From NCBI GenBank assembly GCA_044229975.1, contig JBGARZ010000002.1, positions 864,001-928,000 on the forward strand: a stretch of 64,000 bases of DNA, read 5' to 3'. A program made the position numbers and the translations under genes. How positions within the stretch are numbered: the first letter of the stretch is position 1; each line of letters starts with the position of its first letter. Under the pieces are notes generated by a model, which saw only the letters and a list, made by a program, of their open reading frames with translations, did not search any database and had not been told where the DNA came from. The DNA is from Polyangiales bacterium (GTDB lineage: Bacteria; Myxococcota_A; Polyangia; Polyangiales; Ga0077539). Below, piece after piece: positions 37,883-46,981 of the stretch.

Positions 37883-39175
37883 GTGAACAAGAACGTGATG
37901 GTTGGGGTCGTGGGCTTCGTGGTGGTGGGGAGCCTCGCCGCCGTGGGTGGCACCGCGTTCTGGATGATGCGGAAGAACCGCGCGGACGGCGACGGCCTGA
38001 GCCGCCTTCCCCCCAACAGCTTCGTGGTGGCGCGCGTCGACGTCGACCAGCTCCTGCGCTTCTCTCCGATGGCCGAGCTCCGCCGCACCATCACCCACCC
38101 GGCGCCGGGCGCCACGCGCCAGGAGACCGAGTTCGCCCGCAAGATCCAGGACGTCATCACCCGCTGCACCTTCGACCCCGCCGACCGCGTGCACGCCGTC
38201 TACGTGGGCGCCGACCGCACCGTCCTGACCGGCAACTCCAACAGCGCGTGGGTGGTGAGCGCCAACCACGACCGGACGCCCGCGCAGGCGACGCAGTGCC
38301 TCACCGCGGTGCTCGAGCTCGCGCACGGGTCCGTCGCCACCACCACCGTCAACGGCCACGCCGTGCTCACCCCGCGCTTCCAGAACCAGACGCCGTCGAC
38401 GAGCGATCCGTCGGTGCACTTCATGACCGGCACCGCCATCGCCGCGCCGCAGAGCTACATGCCCACTGCGCTGGGCTTCGCGTACCACACGACGCCCGGC
38501 CTCGAATCCGGCGCGCCGCTCCCGCAGACCATGGGTCGCCTCGGGGCGCAGCGCGCCATCACCGTGGCCGTCGACGTGGCGGCCATCCGCGCGCAGAACC
38601 AGCGGACCGTCAACGAGCTGGCCGACGACCTCGTGCGCGAGAACCCCAACAGCGCCGACCTCACGCTCGCGCGGCAGATGCAGACCGGCGGCCTCGCGCT
38701 GGGTCTCGTCAACAACGGCGTCGAGCTGCTCGCGCGCGGGGAGTTTCCGAGCGCGACGGTGGCGCGACCCTTCACCGCGGCGCTCCAGTCCATGTGGACG
38801 GCGCGCAAGCCGGAGCTGCTCTCGGCCATCGGCGAGGCGCAGCAGGGCATCGGGGCGATGCGTGCGCTGGCGAGCCTCGGCGGCGGCGGGGGACAGGGCC
38901 CCGACGATCGCTTCACCCGCGTCGAGGCGGCCTTCGGCGTGGCGCGCGCCGCGCTCGATCAGGTGCGCATCACACAGGAAGACCGCGCCACCGTGGTGGT
39001 GGTCACGCTCACGCCCGCGCAGGTGACCACGCTGGTCAACGCCGTTCGCGCCGTGAAGGACCTCGCCGCGGACATGTCGCGGATGACCCGCGGCGTGCCG
39101 GGTCTCGGCGCCGGAACGCCCGAGCGACCCGACCCGCAGGGGCCGGCCGTTCGGGTGCCAGGGCTGACGTTCTAG
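37883..39175 (+). CDS. Membrane-anchored hypothetical protein
   Basis: N-terminal TM, typical codon usage, no catalytic motif recognised. Confidence 0.8.
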   Translation: MNKNVMVGVVGFVVVGSLAAVGGTAFWMMRKNRADGDGLSRLPPNSFVVARVDVDQLLRFSPMAELRRTITHPAPGATRQETEFARKIQDVITRCTFDPADRVHAVYVGADRTVLTGNSNSAWVVSANHDRTPAQATQCLTAVLELAHGSVATTTVNGHAVLTPRFQNQTPSTSDPSVHFMTGTAIAAPQSYMPTALGFAYHTTPGLESGAPLPQTMGRLGAQRAITVAVDVAAIRAQNQRTVNELADDLVRENPNSADLTLARQMQTGGLALGLVNNGVELLARGEFPSATVARPFTAALQSMWTARKPELLSAIGEAQQGIGAMRALASLGGGGGQGPDDRFTRVEAAFGVARAALDQVRITQEDRATVVVVTLTPAQVTTLVNAVRAVKDLAADMSRMTRGVPGLGAGTPERPDPQGPAVRVPGLTF

Positions 39176-39189
39176 CGTTTGGTGGGGGG

Positions 39190-39211
39190 GTCGGCGCCGG
39201 GGGGCGCCGAC
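39190..39211. terminator. GC-rich hairpin between convergent genes (possible terminator)
   Basis: Perfect 9-bp stem GTCGGCGCC-GGGG-GGCGCCGAC; no adjacent U-tract. Confidence 0.4.
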
Positions 39212-39215
39212 TGCA

Positions 39216-39602
39216 CTAGGCAGACTGCTGGAGGAGGCGCTTCACGCGGGCCTCGGCGGCCTCGACGATGCGCGTGGACTCCGGCTCGGGGATGCGCAGC
39301 AGGGCGCTCAGGTCGGTGACGAAGGCCTTCTCGGTGTCGGTCTGCTCGCCGTCGATGTGGGTGAGCACCACGGCGTGGTTGAGCAGCGTGCGACGATCAT
39401 CGGCCGAGAGGTCGGTCAGCGGGATGTCGTCGAGCGTGCGGGGAATCGCCGCGAAGTCGCGCACCTCGGTGGCCTCGCTCTCGGTCGCGCCGAACGCGCT
39501 GATGAGCGCATCGAGGTGCTCGCGCTCCTCGCTCGCGAACTGCCCGTCGACCCAGGCCACCGCCACCAGGGACTTCAAGATCGCCATGTCCTGTTCGTGC
39601 AT
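39216..39602 (-). CDS. TerB-like family protein
   Basis: LVAVAWVDG..EE and LTHIDG..TDTEKAF duplicated TerB motifs. Confidence 0.85.
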   Translation of the reverse strand: MHEQDMAILKSLVAVAWVDGQFASEEREHLDALISAFGATESEATEVRDFAAIPRTLDDIPLTDLSADDRRTLLNHAVVLTHIDGEQTDTEKAFVTDLSALLRIPEPESTRIVEAAEARVKRLLQQSA

Positions 39603-39775
39603 CGACTTCGCCTCTGTGTCTTGCGCCGCGGCCAGTCCGCGGCGATGGCGCGGAGGATAGACAAGTTCGGCGGGCGCTGGGAAGGGCGGAGGCGCGGTGC
39701 CAGGGAATGTCACACGCCGCGAGCGGTCTCGGCGGGGTTGTGGCATGAGGGCGCTTCAGGAGGCACGAGAACTAG

Positions 39776-40054
39776 ATGAGCTTCGGAAAGAACCCCCACG
39801 TTGCCAAGGCCCAGGTCGCCGAGCAGAAGGCGCGCGCCGCGGGAGACGAGAGCGCCCGCGTGGTGGCGTGGCGCGAGGCCGCCCGGCAGTGGGAGCGCGC
39901 CGCCGAGCGTGAGCAGATGGAGAAGCGGGTGGCGGAGTACACGGCCAACGCTGCCGCGGCGCGCGAGGCCGCGGACACGCCCGTCGAGGCCGAGCCCGAG
40001 GTGGCACCCGTCGCGGCGCCGACCCCGAGCTACGACCCCGGCTCGCTCAACTGA
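39776..40054 (+). CDS. Small helical hypothetical protein
   Basis: 92 aa, AGGAGG upstream, WREAARQWERAAERE helix. Confidence 0.7.
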   Translation: MSFGKNPHVAKAQVAEQKARAAGDESARVVAWREAARQWERAAEREQMEKRVAEYTANAAAAREAADTPVEAEPEVAPVAAPTPSYDPGSLN

Positions 40055-40691
40055 GCTCCTGCGCCGGTCGCGCCGCCATGATGCGGTGGAGCTTGAACTG
40101 CCTCGCTTCACCCTGGTTCAGCTCCAGGTCGTCGCAGTTGAGGAGGGTCTCGGTGCGCTCCATCACGACGCTACGAATGCGCACGAGTCGCTCGGTCTCG
40201 CCGCGGGCGCCGTCGTAGCGGATGCGGATGGGTCGCTGCTCCACCCACGCGGCCTCGATGACCTTTCGCACCGCGGGGGCGCAGCTCTGCGCGGGTACCC
40301 CGACGAAGGAGAGGGAGCGCCGCATCGCCGCGAGGTCCTGCTGACCGCGCGGGGGAAGGGCCGACTCCACCTTGTCGAGCGCCGTTCCGAGGGTGTCAGT
40401 GAACGGCACCCAGCGCTGATCGATGAGCAGGCGGCCCGCGGTGACGAGCAGTGATGCTTCGCGCACGGTGAAGTTCACCGGGGGCAACGCGTACGAGCGG
40501 TCGAGGGCGTACCCACCGCCGCGACCGCGCTCGGCGTGCACCGGAAGCGACGCGGCGCGGAGGCTGTCGAGGTCGCGGTAGATGGTGCGGAGGCTCACGT
40601 GGAAGCGCTCGGCGAGGGCCTCGGCCGTGACGCCGGTGCGACGGGCGCGGAGAGCTTCGGAGAGCGCGAAGAGGCGTTCGGTGCGGCGCAT
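40047..40691 (-). CDS. HTH-WYL transcriptional regulator (YafY-like, short)
   Basis: MRRTERLF, LAERFHVSLRTIYRDL HTH, GRGGGY, LPPVNFT, RQFKLHRI. Confidence 0.92.
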   Translation of the reverse strand: MRRTERLFALSEALRARRTGVTAEALAERFHVSLRTIYRDLDSLRAASLPVHAERGRGGGYALDRSYALPPVNFTVREASLLVTAGRLLIDQRWVPFTDTLGTALDKVESALPPRGQQDLAAMRRSLSFVGVPAQSCAPAVRKVIEAAWVEQRPIRIRYDGARGETERLVRIRSVVMERTETLLNCDDLELNQGEARQFKLHRIMAARPAQELS

Positions 40692-40700
40692 CGGAGGAAG

Positions 40701-40718
40701 CTGACAGCCACCTGACAG
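40701..40718. promoter_or_regulatory. CTGACAG-N4-CTGACAG direct repeat, candidate operator
   Basis: Two exact 7-mers with 11-bp period, 10 bp upstream of the WYL gene start. Confidence 0.4.
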
Positions 40719-40870
40719 CGCGTCCACCCGGACGCCCCTCGGATGGGAGGGTCGACCGCGTGGGCGCCACGACACGAGGGTGAGGTGTCGGCAGACACGT
40801 CCATCGAGGGGATCGCGGCCATCGACCGGCGATCTGTGCGAGGCACGTCGGCTGCTCATTCACCGTCCCC

Positions 40871-40969
40871 ATGGACTTCCTCCTCGCTAGCGTCCCGGGC
40901 TTCCTCTCCATCGCGCTACTCGTCGCCACCCTGCGCCTCGGCCGCGACGGCGCCGATCGCCGGGCGTAG
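40871..40969 (+). CDS. Candidate 32-aa single-pass membrane peptide
   Basis: MDFLLASVPGFLSIALLVATLRLGRDGADRRA*; GC3-rich codons; ends 10 bp before the next start. Below the ORF-track size cutoff. Confidence 0.45.
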   Translation: MDFLLASVPGFLSIALLVATLRLGRDGADRRA

Positions 40970-40979
40970 TCTCCCGCGC

Positions 40980-42689
40980 GTGACGCGCCGCCTCCGGGGA
41001 CACGCTCGCTGCCTCGTCTTGGGCGTCCTCGCGGCCCACTGCAACAGCGCGGTCTACTTCACCGACGGCGCGACGCCTGATCGCTCGCAACCAACGGTCA
41101 CCGCCGACGTCCCAGCGATCGACAGCGGCGTCGATCGGCCCGCCGTGTCCGTCGACCTCGGCGTCGATGCGCCGGTAGACGCGACCGTCGACGTCGCGAC
41201 GGACCAACCTGGGGATGCGGGCTTCGATGCGGGCTTCGACGTTGGCTTCGACGCCGGTCTTGATGTGGGCATCGACGCGGGCTTCGACGTCGGTTTCGAC
41301 GTCGGTTTCGACGTCGGCTTCGACGTCGGCTTCGACACCGGCCCGCCGCTCGCTCCGACCGAGGCGTGGGTTCCGATGCTCTCGCGGTGGCGCTACCTCG
41401 ACGACGGCATCGAGCCCGACGCGTCGTGGCGTGGCACCTCCTTCGACGACCGGACGTGGCGCGAGGGTGACGCCCAGCTTGGCTACGGCGAGGGCGACGA
41501 GGCGACGACGGTGTCCTTCGGCCCCAACCCCGCGCGACATTTCATCACCACCTGGTTTCGCCAACGCTTCGACGTGGCCAGCCGCGTCGGGGTGCGCGGT
41601 GTGCTGCTCCGGCTCCTCCGCGACGACGGCGCCGTCGTCTGGATCAACGGTCGCGAGGTTCATCGCAGCAACCTGCCGACGGGGCCCATCTCCGACGAGA
41701 CCCGCGCCCTCACGACGGTGAGCGGCTTCGAAGAGAACTCCTTCGAAGAGGTGACGCTCGACCCCTCCGTGGTGCACGACGGTGCCAACGTCATCGCCGT
41801 GGAGGTGCACCAGGCCACGTACGAAAGCTCCGACCTGGGCTTCGACCTCGGGCTCATCGGGCTGCGCGCGGACGCTCCCACGACGCCGGGCGGCGACCCC
41901 GTGTTGCTCGCCGCGGGTGACATCGCGCGCTGCGACAGCACCGACGATGACGCCACGGCCCGCCTGCTCGACAACCTCGGCGGAACCATCGCCGCCCTTG
42001 GCGACAACGCCTACCTGAGCGGCAGCGAGGAGGAGTACCGCCGCTGCTTCGCGCCGACCTGGGGTCGCCACCTCGCGCGCATGCGCCCGATGCCGGGCAA
42101 CCACGAGTACAACAGCCACGACGCTGTCCCCTACTACCGCTACTTCGGCGACGCGGCCGGGCCCCCGCTCCAGGGCTGGTACAGCTACGAGCTCGGCGGC
42201 TGGCACGTCGTGGTGCTCAACTCCAACTGCGCGGCCGTCGGCGGGTGCCACCCCGACAGCGAGCAGGAGCGCTGGCTCCGCGCCGACCTCGCGGCCCACC
42301 CCGCGCGATGCACCATGGCGATGTGGCATCACCCGCGCTTCTCGGGCGGCGACCACGGCGACGACCCGCAGACCTCGCACTTCTGGCGCGCCCTCGAAGC
42401 CGCCGGGGCCGACCTCGTCGTCAACGGCCACGACCACGACTACGAGCGCTTCGCCCCGCGACGCAGCGACGGCACCCGCGACGACGCCAATGGCATCCGG
42501 GAGTTCGTGGTCGGGACGGGTGGCGCCCGGCTCATCGGGTTTCGCGTCGTCGCGCCCGAGAGCGAGGCCCGCAACAGCACCGCGCACGGCGTGCTCCGAC
42601 TGGTGCTGCACCCCGACGGGTACGACTGGAGCTTTGTTCCCATCGCGGGGGCGCGCTTCAGCGACAGTGGGCGCGGCGCCTGCCATTGA
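40980..42689 (+). CDS. Exported metallophosphoesterase (purple-acid/alkaline phosphatase-like) with beta-sandwich domain
   Basis: AAGDIA, LGDNAY, PGNHEY, WHHP, GHDHDYER; DDGAVVWINGRE beta-sandwich; lipobox-like AAHC. GTG start inferred. Confidence 0.9.
   Translation: MTRRLRGHARCLVLGVLAAHCNSAVYFTDGATPDRSQPTVTADVPAIDSGVDRPAVSVDLGVDAPVDATVDVATDQPGDAGFDAGFDVGFDAGLDVGIDAGFDVGFDVGFDVGFDVGFDTGPPLAPTEAWVPMLSRWRYLDDGIEPDASWRGTSFDDRTWREGDAQLGYGEGDEATTVSFGPNPARHFITTWFRQRFDVASRVGVRGVLLRLLRDDGAVVWINGREVHRSNLPTGPISDETRALTTVSGFEENSFEEVTLDPSVVHDGANVIAVEVHQATYESSDLGFDLGLIGLRADAPTTPGGDPVLLAAGDIARCDSTDDDATARLLDNLGGTIAALGDNAYLSGSEEEYRRCFAPTWGRHLARMRPMPGNHEYNSHDAVPYYRYFGDAAGPPLQGWYSYELGGWHVVVLNSNCAAVGGCHPDSEQERWLRADLAAHPARCTMAMWHHPRFSGGDHGDDPQTSHFWRALEAAGADLVVNGHDHDYERFAPRRSDGTRDDANGIREFVVGTGGARLIGFRVVAPESEARNSTAHGVLRLVLHPDGYDWSFVPIAGARFSDSGRGACH
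41214..41342 (+). repeat. 12-bp coding tandem repeat, D(A/V)G(F/L/I) x10
   Basis: DAGF DAGF DVGF DAGL DVGI DAGF DVGF DVGF DVGF DVGF DTG. Confidence 0.9.
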
Positions 42690-42775
42690 CCCGTCGTATG
42701 CTCTGCGCCCGTCGCAGCGCCCCCAACACCATGGGGACAGCTCGCGAGTGAGTTCGAAAGGAGACGAGGCACCGT

Positions 42776-44236
42776 ATGTCCCAGCAGCACTCCACCCTCC
42801 CCCGCGCGCCCTTCGCGCCGGGCGGTCCGTTCGAGATCGATCGTGAGCGCGCCCGCAAGCTCCTGACCGTGGCGCTGTCCCAGGGCGGCGACGCCGCCGA
42901 CCTCTTCGCCGAGTTCGGCCTCGGCGCCTCGATGGTCCTCGAAGAGGGCATCGTGAAGTCCGCCAGCCGCGGCGTGTCCGTGGGCGTCGGCATCCGCGTC
43001 CAGCGCGGCTTCGCGGCCGGGTACGCGTACACCGAAGACCTCTCCTGGGATGCCCTCCTCCGCGCCGCCCGCACCGCCGCGCAGATCGCCCGCGGCGACG
43101 CCCGCGAGGTCGCCGAGGTCACCGACCGCACGCACCCCGAGCGCTACGCCGTCAACGTCCCGTCCATCGTCGTCGCGGGCGCAGGCAAGCGCGACTTGCT
43201 GCTCCAGGCCGATCGCACCGCGCGCGCCACCGACTCGCGCGTGCAGCGCGTCGTGGCGTCGCTCAACGAGTCGGTGCGCGAGCTGCTCATCGCCACCAGC
43301 GACGGGCGCTTCGTGCGCGACGTGCAGCCGATGCTGCGCTTCGGCGCGCAGGTCATCGTGGAGAGCGAGGGCAAGCGCCAGTCGGGGAGCTCCGGCGGCG
43401 GAGGCCGCGTCGGGATGGAGTACTTCGACGAGCCGGGCAAGTCCGTCGACGACCACGCGCGGGAGGCCGTTCGGCTCGCCGTCGCGATGCTCGACGCGCG
43501 CGAGGCACCCGCGGGTGAGATGGAGGTGGTGCTCGGCCCAGGCGACGCGGGCATCCTGCTGCACGAAGCGGTGGGCCACGGGTTGGAGGCCGACTTCAAT
43601 CGCAAGGGCGTGAGCAACTACAGCGGTCGCGTCGGGACTCCGGTCGCGTCGTCGCTCTGCACGGTGGTTGATCGCGGCGACCTCGACCACGGGCGCGGGT
43701 CCATCAACGTCGACGACGAGGGCTTCACCCCGACGAGCACCACGCTCATCGAAAACGGAACCCTCCGCGGATACCTCCACGACACCTTCTCGGCGCGGCA
43801 CTTCGGGCTCGTCCCGACCGGCAACGGGCGGCGCGAGAGCTTCCGCAGCACCCCGATGCCGCGCATGACCAACACCCTCCTGCTGGAGGGCCCGCACGAC
43901 CCCGAGGAGATCATCCGCTCGGTGCAGAAGGGCATCTACGCGCGGCGCTTCGGCGGCGGCCAGGTGGACATCGCGTCGGGCGACTTCGTGTTCTCGCTGA
44001 GCGAGGCGTACCTCATCGAGGACGGGAAGATCACGGCGCCGGTGAAGGACGTGAACCTCATCGGCAACGGCCCCGACGCGCTGTCGAAGGTGACCATGCT
44101 GGGCACCGACCTCCAGGTGTCCGATGGCATCTGGACCTGCGGCAAGGAGGGGCAGAGCGTGCCCGTGGGCGTCGGCTGCCCGACCATCAAGATCTCGTCG
44201 ATGACCGTGGGCGGCACCGCGGTGCAGGGGCGCTGA
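42776..44236 (+). CDS. tldD: TldD metalloprotease subunit
   Basis: LLHEAVGHGLEAD, DDEG, TGNGRRES, PMPRMTNT, GGGQVD, TCGKEGQSVPVGVG. Confidence 0.96.
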   Translation: MSQQHSTLPRAPFAPGGPFEIDRERARKLLTVALSQGGDAADLFAEFGLGASMVLEEGIVKSASRGVSVGVGIRVQRGFAAGYAYTEDLSWDALLRAARTAAQIARGDAREVAEVTDRTHPERYAVNVPSIVVAGAGKRDLLLQADRTARATDSRVQRVVASLNESVRELLIATSDGRFVRDVQPMLRFGAQVIVESEGKRQSGSSGGGGRVGMEYFDEPGKSVDDHAREAVRLAVAMLDAREAPAGEMEVVLGPGDAGILLHEAVGHGLEADFNRKGVSNYSGRVGTPVASSLCTVVDRGDLDHGRGSINVDDEGFTPTSTTLIENGTLRGYLHDTFSARHFGLVPTGNGRRESFRSTPMPRMTNTLLLEGPHDPEEIIRSVQKGIYARRFGGGQVDIASGDFVFSLSEAYLIEDGKITAPVKDVNLIGNGPDALSKVTMLGTDLQVSDGIWTCGKEGQSVPVGVGCPTIKISSMTVGGTAVQGR

Positions 44237-44243
44237 AAGACTC

Positions 44244-45602
44244 ATGAGTACCAATCAAGACGACATGCTCCGCGACCGCAGCGACACCGTGCTGCGTCGC
44301 CTCCTCGACGGCGGCGCCACGGACGCCAAGGTGGTCGCGCGCGCGGGCCAGGAACTCTCGGTGCGCGTTCGCCTCGACGAGGTCGAGCTCGTGGAAGAGG
44401 CGGGCACCTGCTCCATCGCGGTGCGCGCCTTCAAGGGCAAGCGCGTGGCGACGAGCTCCACCAACGACCTCACCCCCGACGGCCTCGACCGCCTCGTGCG
44501 CGACGCGTTGGAGCTGTGCGACCTCTCGCAGGAAGACCCCTACGCGGGCCTGCCCGACCCGAGCGAGCTCACCAAGGCGTGGGACGACCTCGGCCTGCAC
44601 GACGCCGCGTGCGATGACGTCGACGCCGACGAAGCGGTGCGTCGCTGCCAGCGCGCCGAGGCGGCCGCACGGTCGTACGACCCGCGCATCAACAACAGCG
44701 AGGGCGCGAGCTTCGGTCGCACTTCGGGTGGCTTCTACATGGCCACCAGCGGCGGCTTTCGCGGCGGCTACCGCGGCAGCTACGCGTCGCTCTCGGTGTC
44801 CCCCGTCGCCTCCGACGAGGGCGGCAAGAACCGCACGGCCAGCTACTGGTCGGCCCGCCGCCAGCTCGCGAAGCTGGAGTCCGAAGAGGCCATCGGCCGC
44901 GAGGCCGCGCGGCGCACCGTGGCGCTGCTCGGGTCGAAGCGCGTGGCCACCACGACGGCGCCGGTGGTGTTCGACCCCGACGCGGCGCGCTCGCTGCTCG
45001 GGGCCTTTGCGGGGTGCGTGACGGGCGACGCGATCTACCGCCGCAGCAGCTACCTCCTCGACCACCTGGGCGAGCGCGTGGCGAGCGACCTCGTGACGCT
45101 GGTGGATGATCCGTTGCGCATCGCGGGCCCCGGCTCGCGGCCCTTCGACGGCGACGGTTTGCCTTCGCGCAAAAACGTCGTGGTCGAGGGCGGCGTGCTC
45201 AAGACCTGGCTGCTCGACACCTACGGCGCTCGAAAGCTCGGGCTGAAGAGCACCGGCAGCAGCGCGAGCAGCACCGGGTCGGGCGCGGGCGTGTCGAACT
45301 TCTACCTGCTGCCGGGGAAGGCCACCCACGACGAGATCGTGAAGTCGACGAAGCGCGGGCTGTACGTCACCGGGATGATGGGCTTCGGCTTCAACGCCGT
45401 GACCGGCGACTTCTCCCGCGGCGCCGTGGGCTACTGGATCGAGGACGGCGAGCTCGCGTACCCGGTGTCGGAGGTGACCATCAGCCTCAACTTCCGCGAG
45501 CTCTTCGCGGCCATCGACGCCGTGGGCGACGACCTCGACCTGAAGAGCGGGGTGGCCTCGCCGACCATCCGCGTCGCGCAGATGACCATCGCCGGTAGCT
45601 GA
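44244..45602 (+). CDS. pmbA: TldE/PmbA subunit
   Basis: SRPFDGDG, NAVTGDFSRGA.G.WIEDG, PVSEVTI; no HExxxH; follows tldD by 7 bp. Confidence 0.95.
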   Translation: MSTNQDDMLRDRSDTVLRRLLDGGATDAKVVARAGQELSVRVRLDEVELVEEAGTCSIAVRAFKGKRVATSSTNDLTPDGLDRLVRDALELCDLSQEDPYAGLPDPSELTKAWDDLGLHDAACDDVDADEAVRRCQRAEAAARSYDPRINNSEGASFGRTSGGFYMATSGGFRGGYRGSYASLSVSPVASDEGGKNRTASYWSARRQLAKLESEEAIGREAARRTVALLGSKRVATTTAPVVFDPDAARSLLGAFAGCVTGDAIYRRSSYLLDHLGERVASDLVTLVDDPLRIAGPGSRPFDGDGLPSRKNVVVEGGVLKTWLLDTYGARKLGLKSTGSSASSTGSGAGVSNFYLLPGKATHDEIVKSTKRGLYVTGMMGFGFNAVTGDFSRGAVGYWIEDGELAYPVSEVTISLNFRELFAAIDAVGDDLDLKSGVASPTIRVAQMTIAGS

Positions 45603-45624
45603 AGAGAGACGAGAGAACACCCCG

Positions 45625-46977
45625 ATGCCCCTGGGACTGGTCTGCCACGCCGCGCGGCTCCCCGAGCTCGGCACCTCGGCGAAGGAAGCCTTCGTGCTCT
45701 TCGACGTGACCGGCACCTGGGCGGGTCCCGGGTACGGCCCTGCCTCGGAGGTGCGCGCGCCGCTCTGCCTCGCCATCGCCATCGACGCGTCGAGCTCGAT
45801 GCGAGGCGGGCGCTTCGCGCTGGCGCTCCAGGCCACCCGCGACGTGCTGTCGTCGCTCGGCCCGCAAGACCGCGTGGCCGTCGTGACCTTCGACAAAAAC
45901 GCGCGGGTGGCGGTTCCGCCGATGGCCTTCGATGTGGAGGGGGCGGCGACGGCGCGCGCGGCCCTCGACCGGCTCACCACGGGCATCGGAACCAACATCG
46001 GCGCGGGCTGGCGTGAGGCGAGCGAGGCGGTGCTGCGGGTGATGGTTCCGTACGCGGTGCGGCGGGTGCTGCTGCTCACGGACGGGTACCCGTCGCGCGG
46101 CGAAACCCAGAAGGACGCCCTCCGCGCTCGCGTGATGGAGGGCCACGCGCGCGGCGTCGAGACGAGCATCCTCGGTCTCGGTGACGGCATCGACGAGGGG
46201 CTCTGCGTCGCGCTGGCCGAGGCTGGCGAAGGGCGGTTCCACTACCTGCGGGATGAGGCAGCGCTCCCGGAGATCGTGGCGGCGGAGATCGAGGGCGCAC
46301 GCACCATCGTGGCGTCGGACGTTTCGCTGGAAGTGCAGCTCACGCCGCGGGTCGAGCGCGCGGAGATCCTGCATCGGTACCCGTGCAAGCCGGGCGAGCG
46401 CTCACTGGACGTGCGCATCGGGAGCGTGACCCGCGACGCCGCCCGCGCGGTGCTGCTCGCGGTGTCACTGAAGGACGGGACGCCCGACGCGATGCTCGGC
46501 TTCGCCACGGCGCATGGGCAGGTCGTCGAGCCGGTTGCGCCGGCGCGGCCGACGGCGCCCGGCTACGCCCACGGGACCCTCGCCGATCAGGCGAGCGGTC
46601 GGGAGGACAGCGCGCGGGTCACCCTGACTCTCGCGCCGGGCGGCGGCCCGGAGGTGTCGCGGCGACGCGTCGCGCTGGAGCTGCTGGTGCAACGAACGCT
46701 CTCGGAGGTTCGCACCGCGTGGGAGGGCCTCGACCGCGGCGACCGCGACGCCGTGGTGCGCCGACTCGATCGGGCTCGCTCGCTCCGCAAGCTCTTCGTC
46801 GAGCGCGGTCTGGTGCGCGACGACGAGCTGCTGCACATGCCCAACGTCGACGCCGTGGAGCGGGCGATGTTCAGCGCGACCGACGAGGCGAAGGAGGCGC
46901 GGCGGAAGTTCAGCTCGTGGGCGCACAACACGCAGCTGAGCTTCCTCGGGGTGCCGCCCATCGAGCGGAAGCGCTGA
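45625..46977 (+). CDS. VWA domain protein
   Basis: MIDAS DASSSM, GTNI, LLLTDG, GEGRFHY. Confidence 0.9.
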   Translation: MPLGLVCHAARLPELGTSAKEAFVLFDVTGTWAGPGYGPASEVRAPLCLAIAIDASSSMRGGRFALALQATRDVLSSLGPQDRVAVVTFDKNARVAVPPMAFDVEGAATARAALDRLTTGIGTNIGAGWREASEAVLRVMVPYAVRRVLLLTDGYPSRGETQKDALRARVMEGHARGVETSILGLGDGIDEGLCVALAEAGEGRFHYLRDEAALPEIVAAEIEGARTIVASDVSLEVQLTPRVERAEILHRYPCKPGERSLDVRIGSVTRDAARAVLLAVSLKDGTPDAMLGFATAHGQVVEPVAPARPTAPGYAHGTLADQASGREDSARVTLTLAPGGGPEVSRRRVALELLVQRTLSEVRTAWEGLDRGDRDAVVRRLDRARSLRKLFVERGLVRDDELLHMPNVDAVERAMFSATDEAKEARRKFSSWAHNTQLSFLGVPPIERKR

Positions 46978-46981
46978 GGCC

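Noticed and set aside
39776..45602. RiPP cluster built around TldD/PmbA
   Set aside because: No precursor with leader/core pattern, and no YcaO, radical SAM or RiPP transporter genes nearby.
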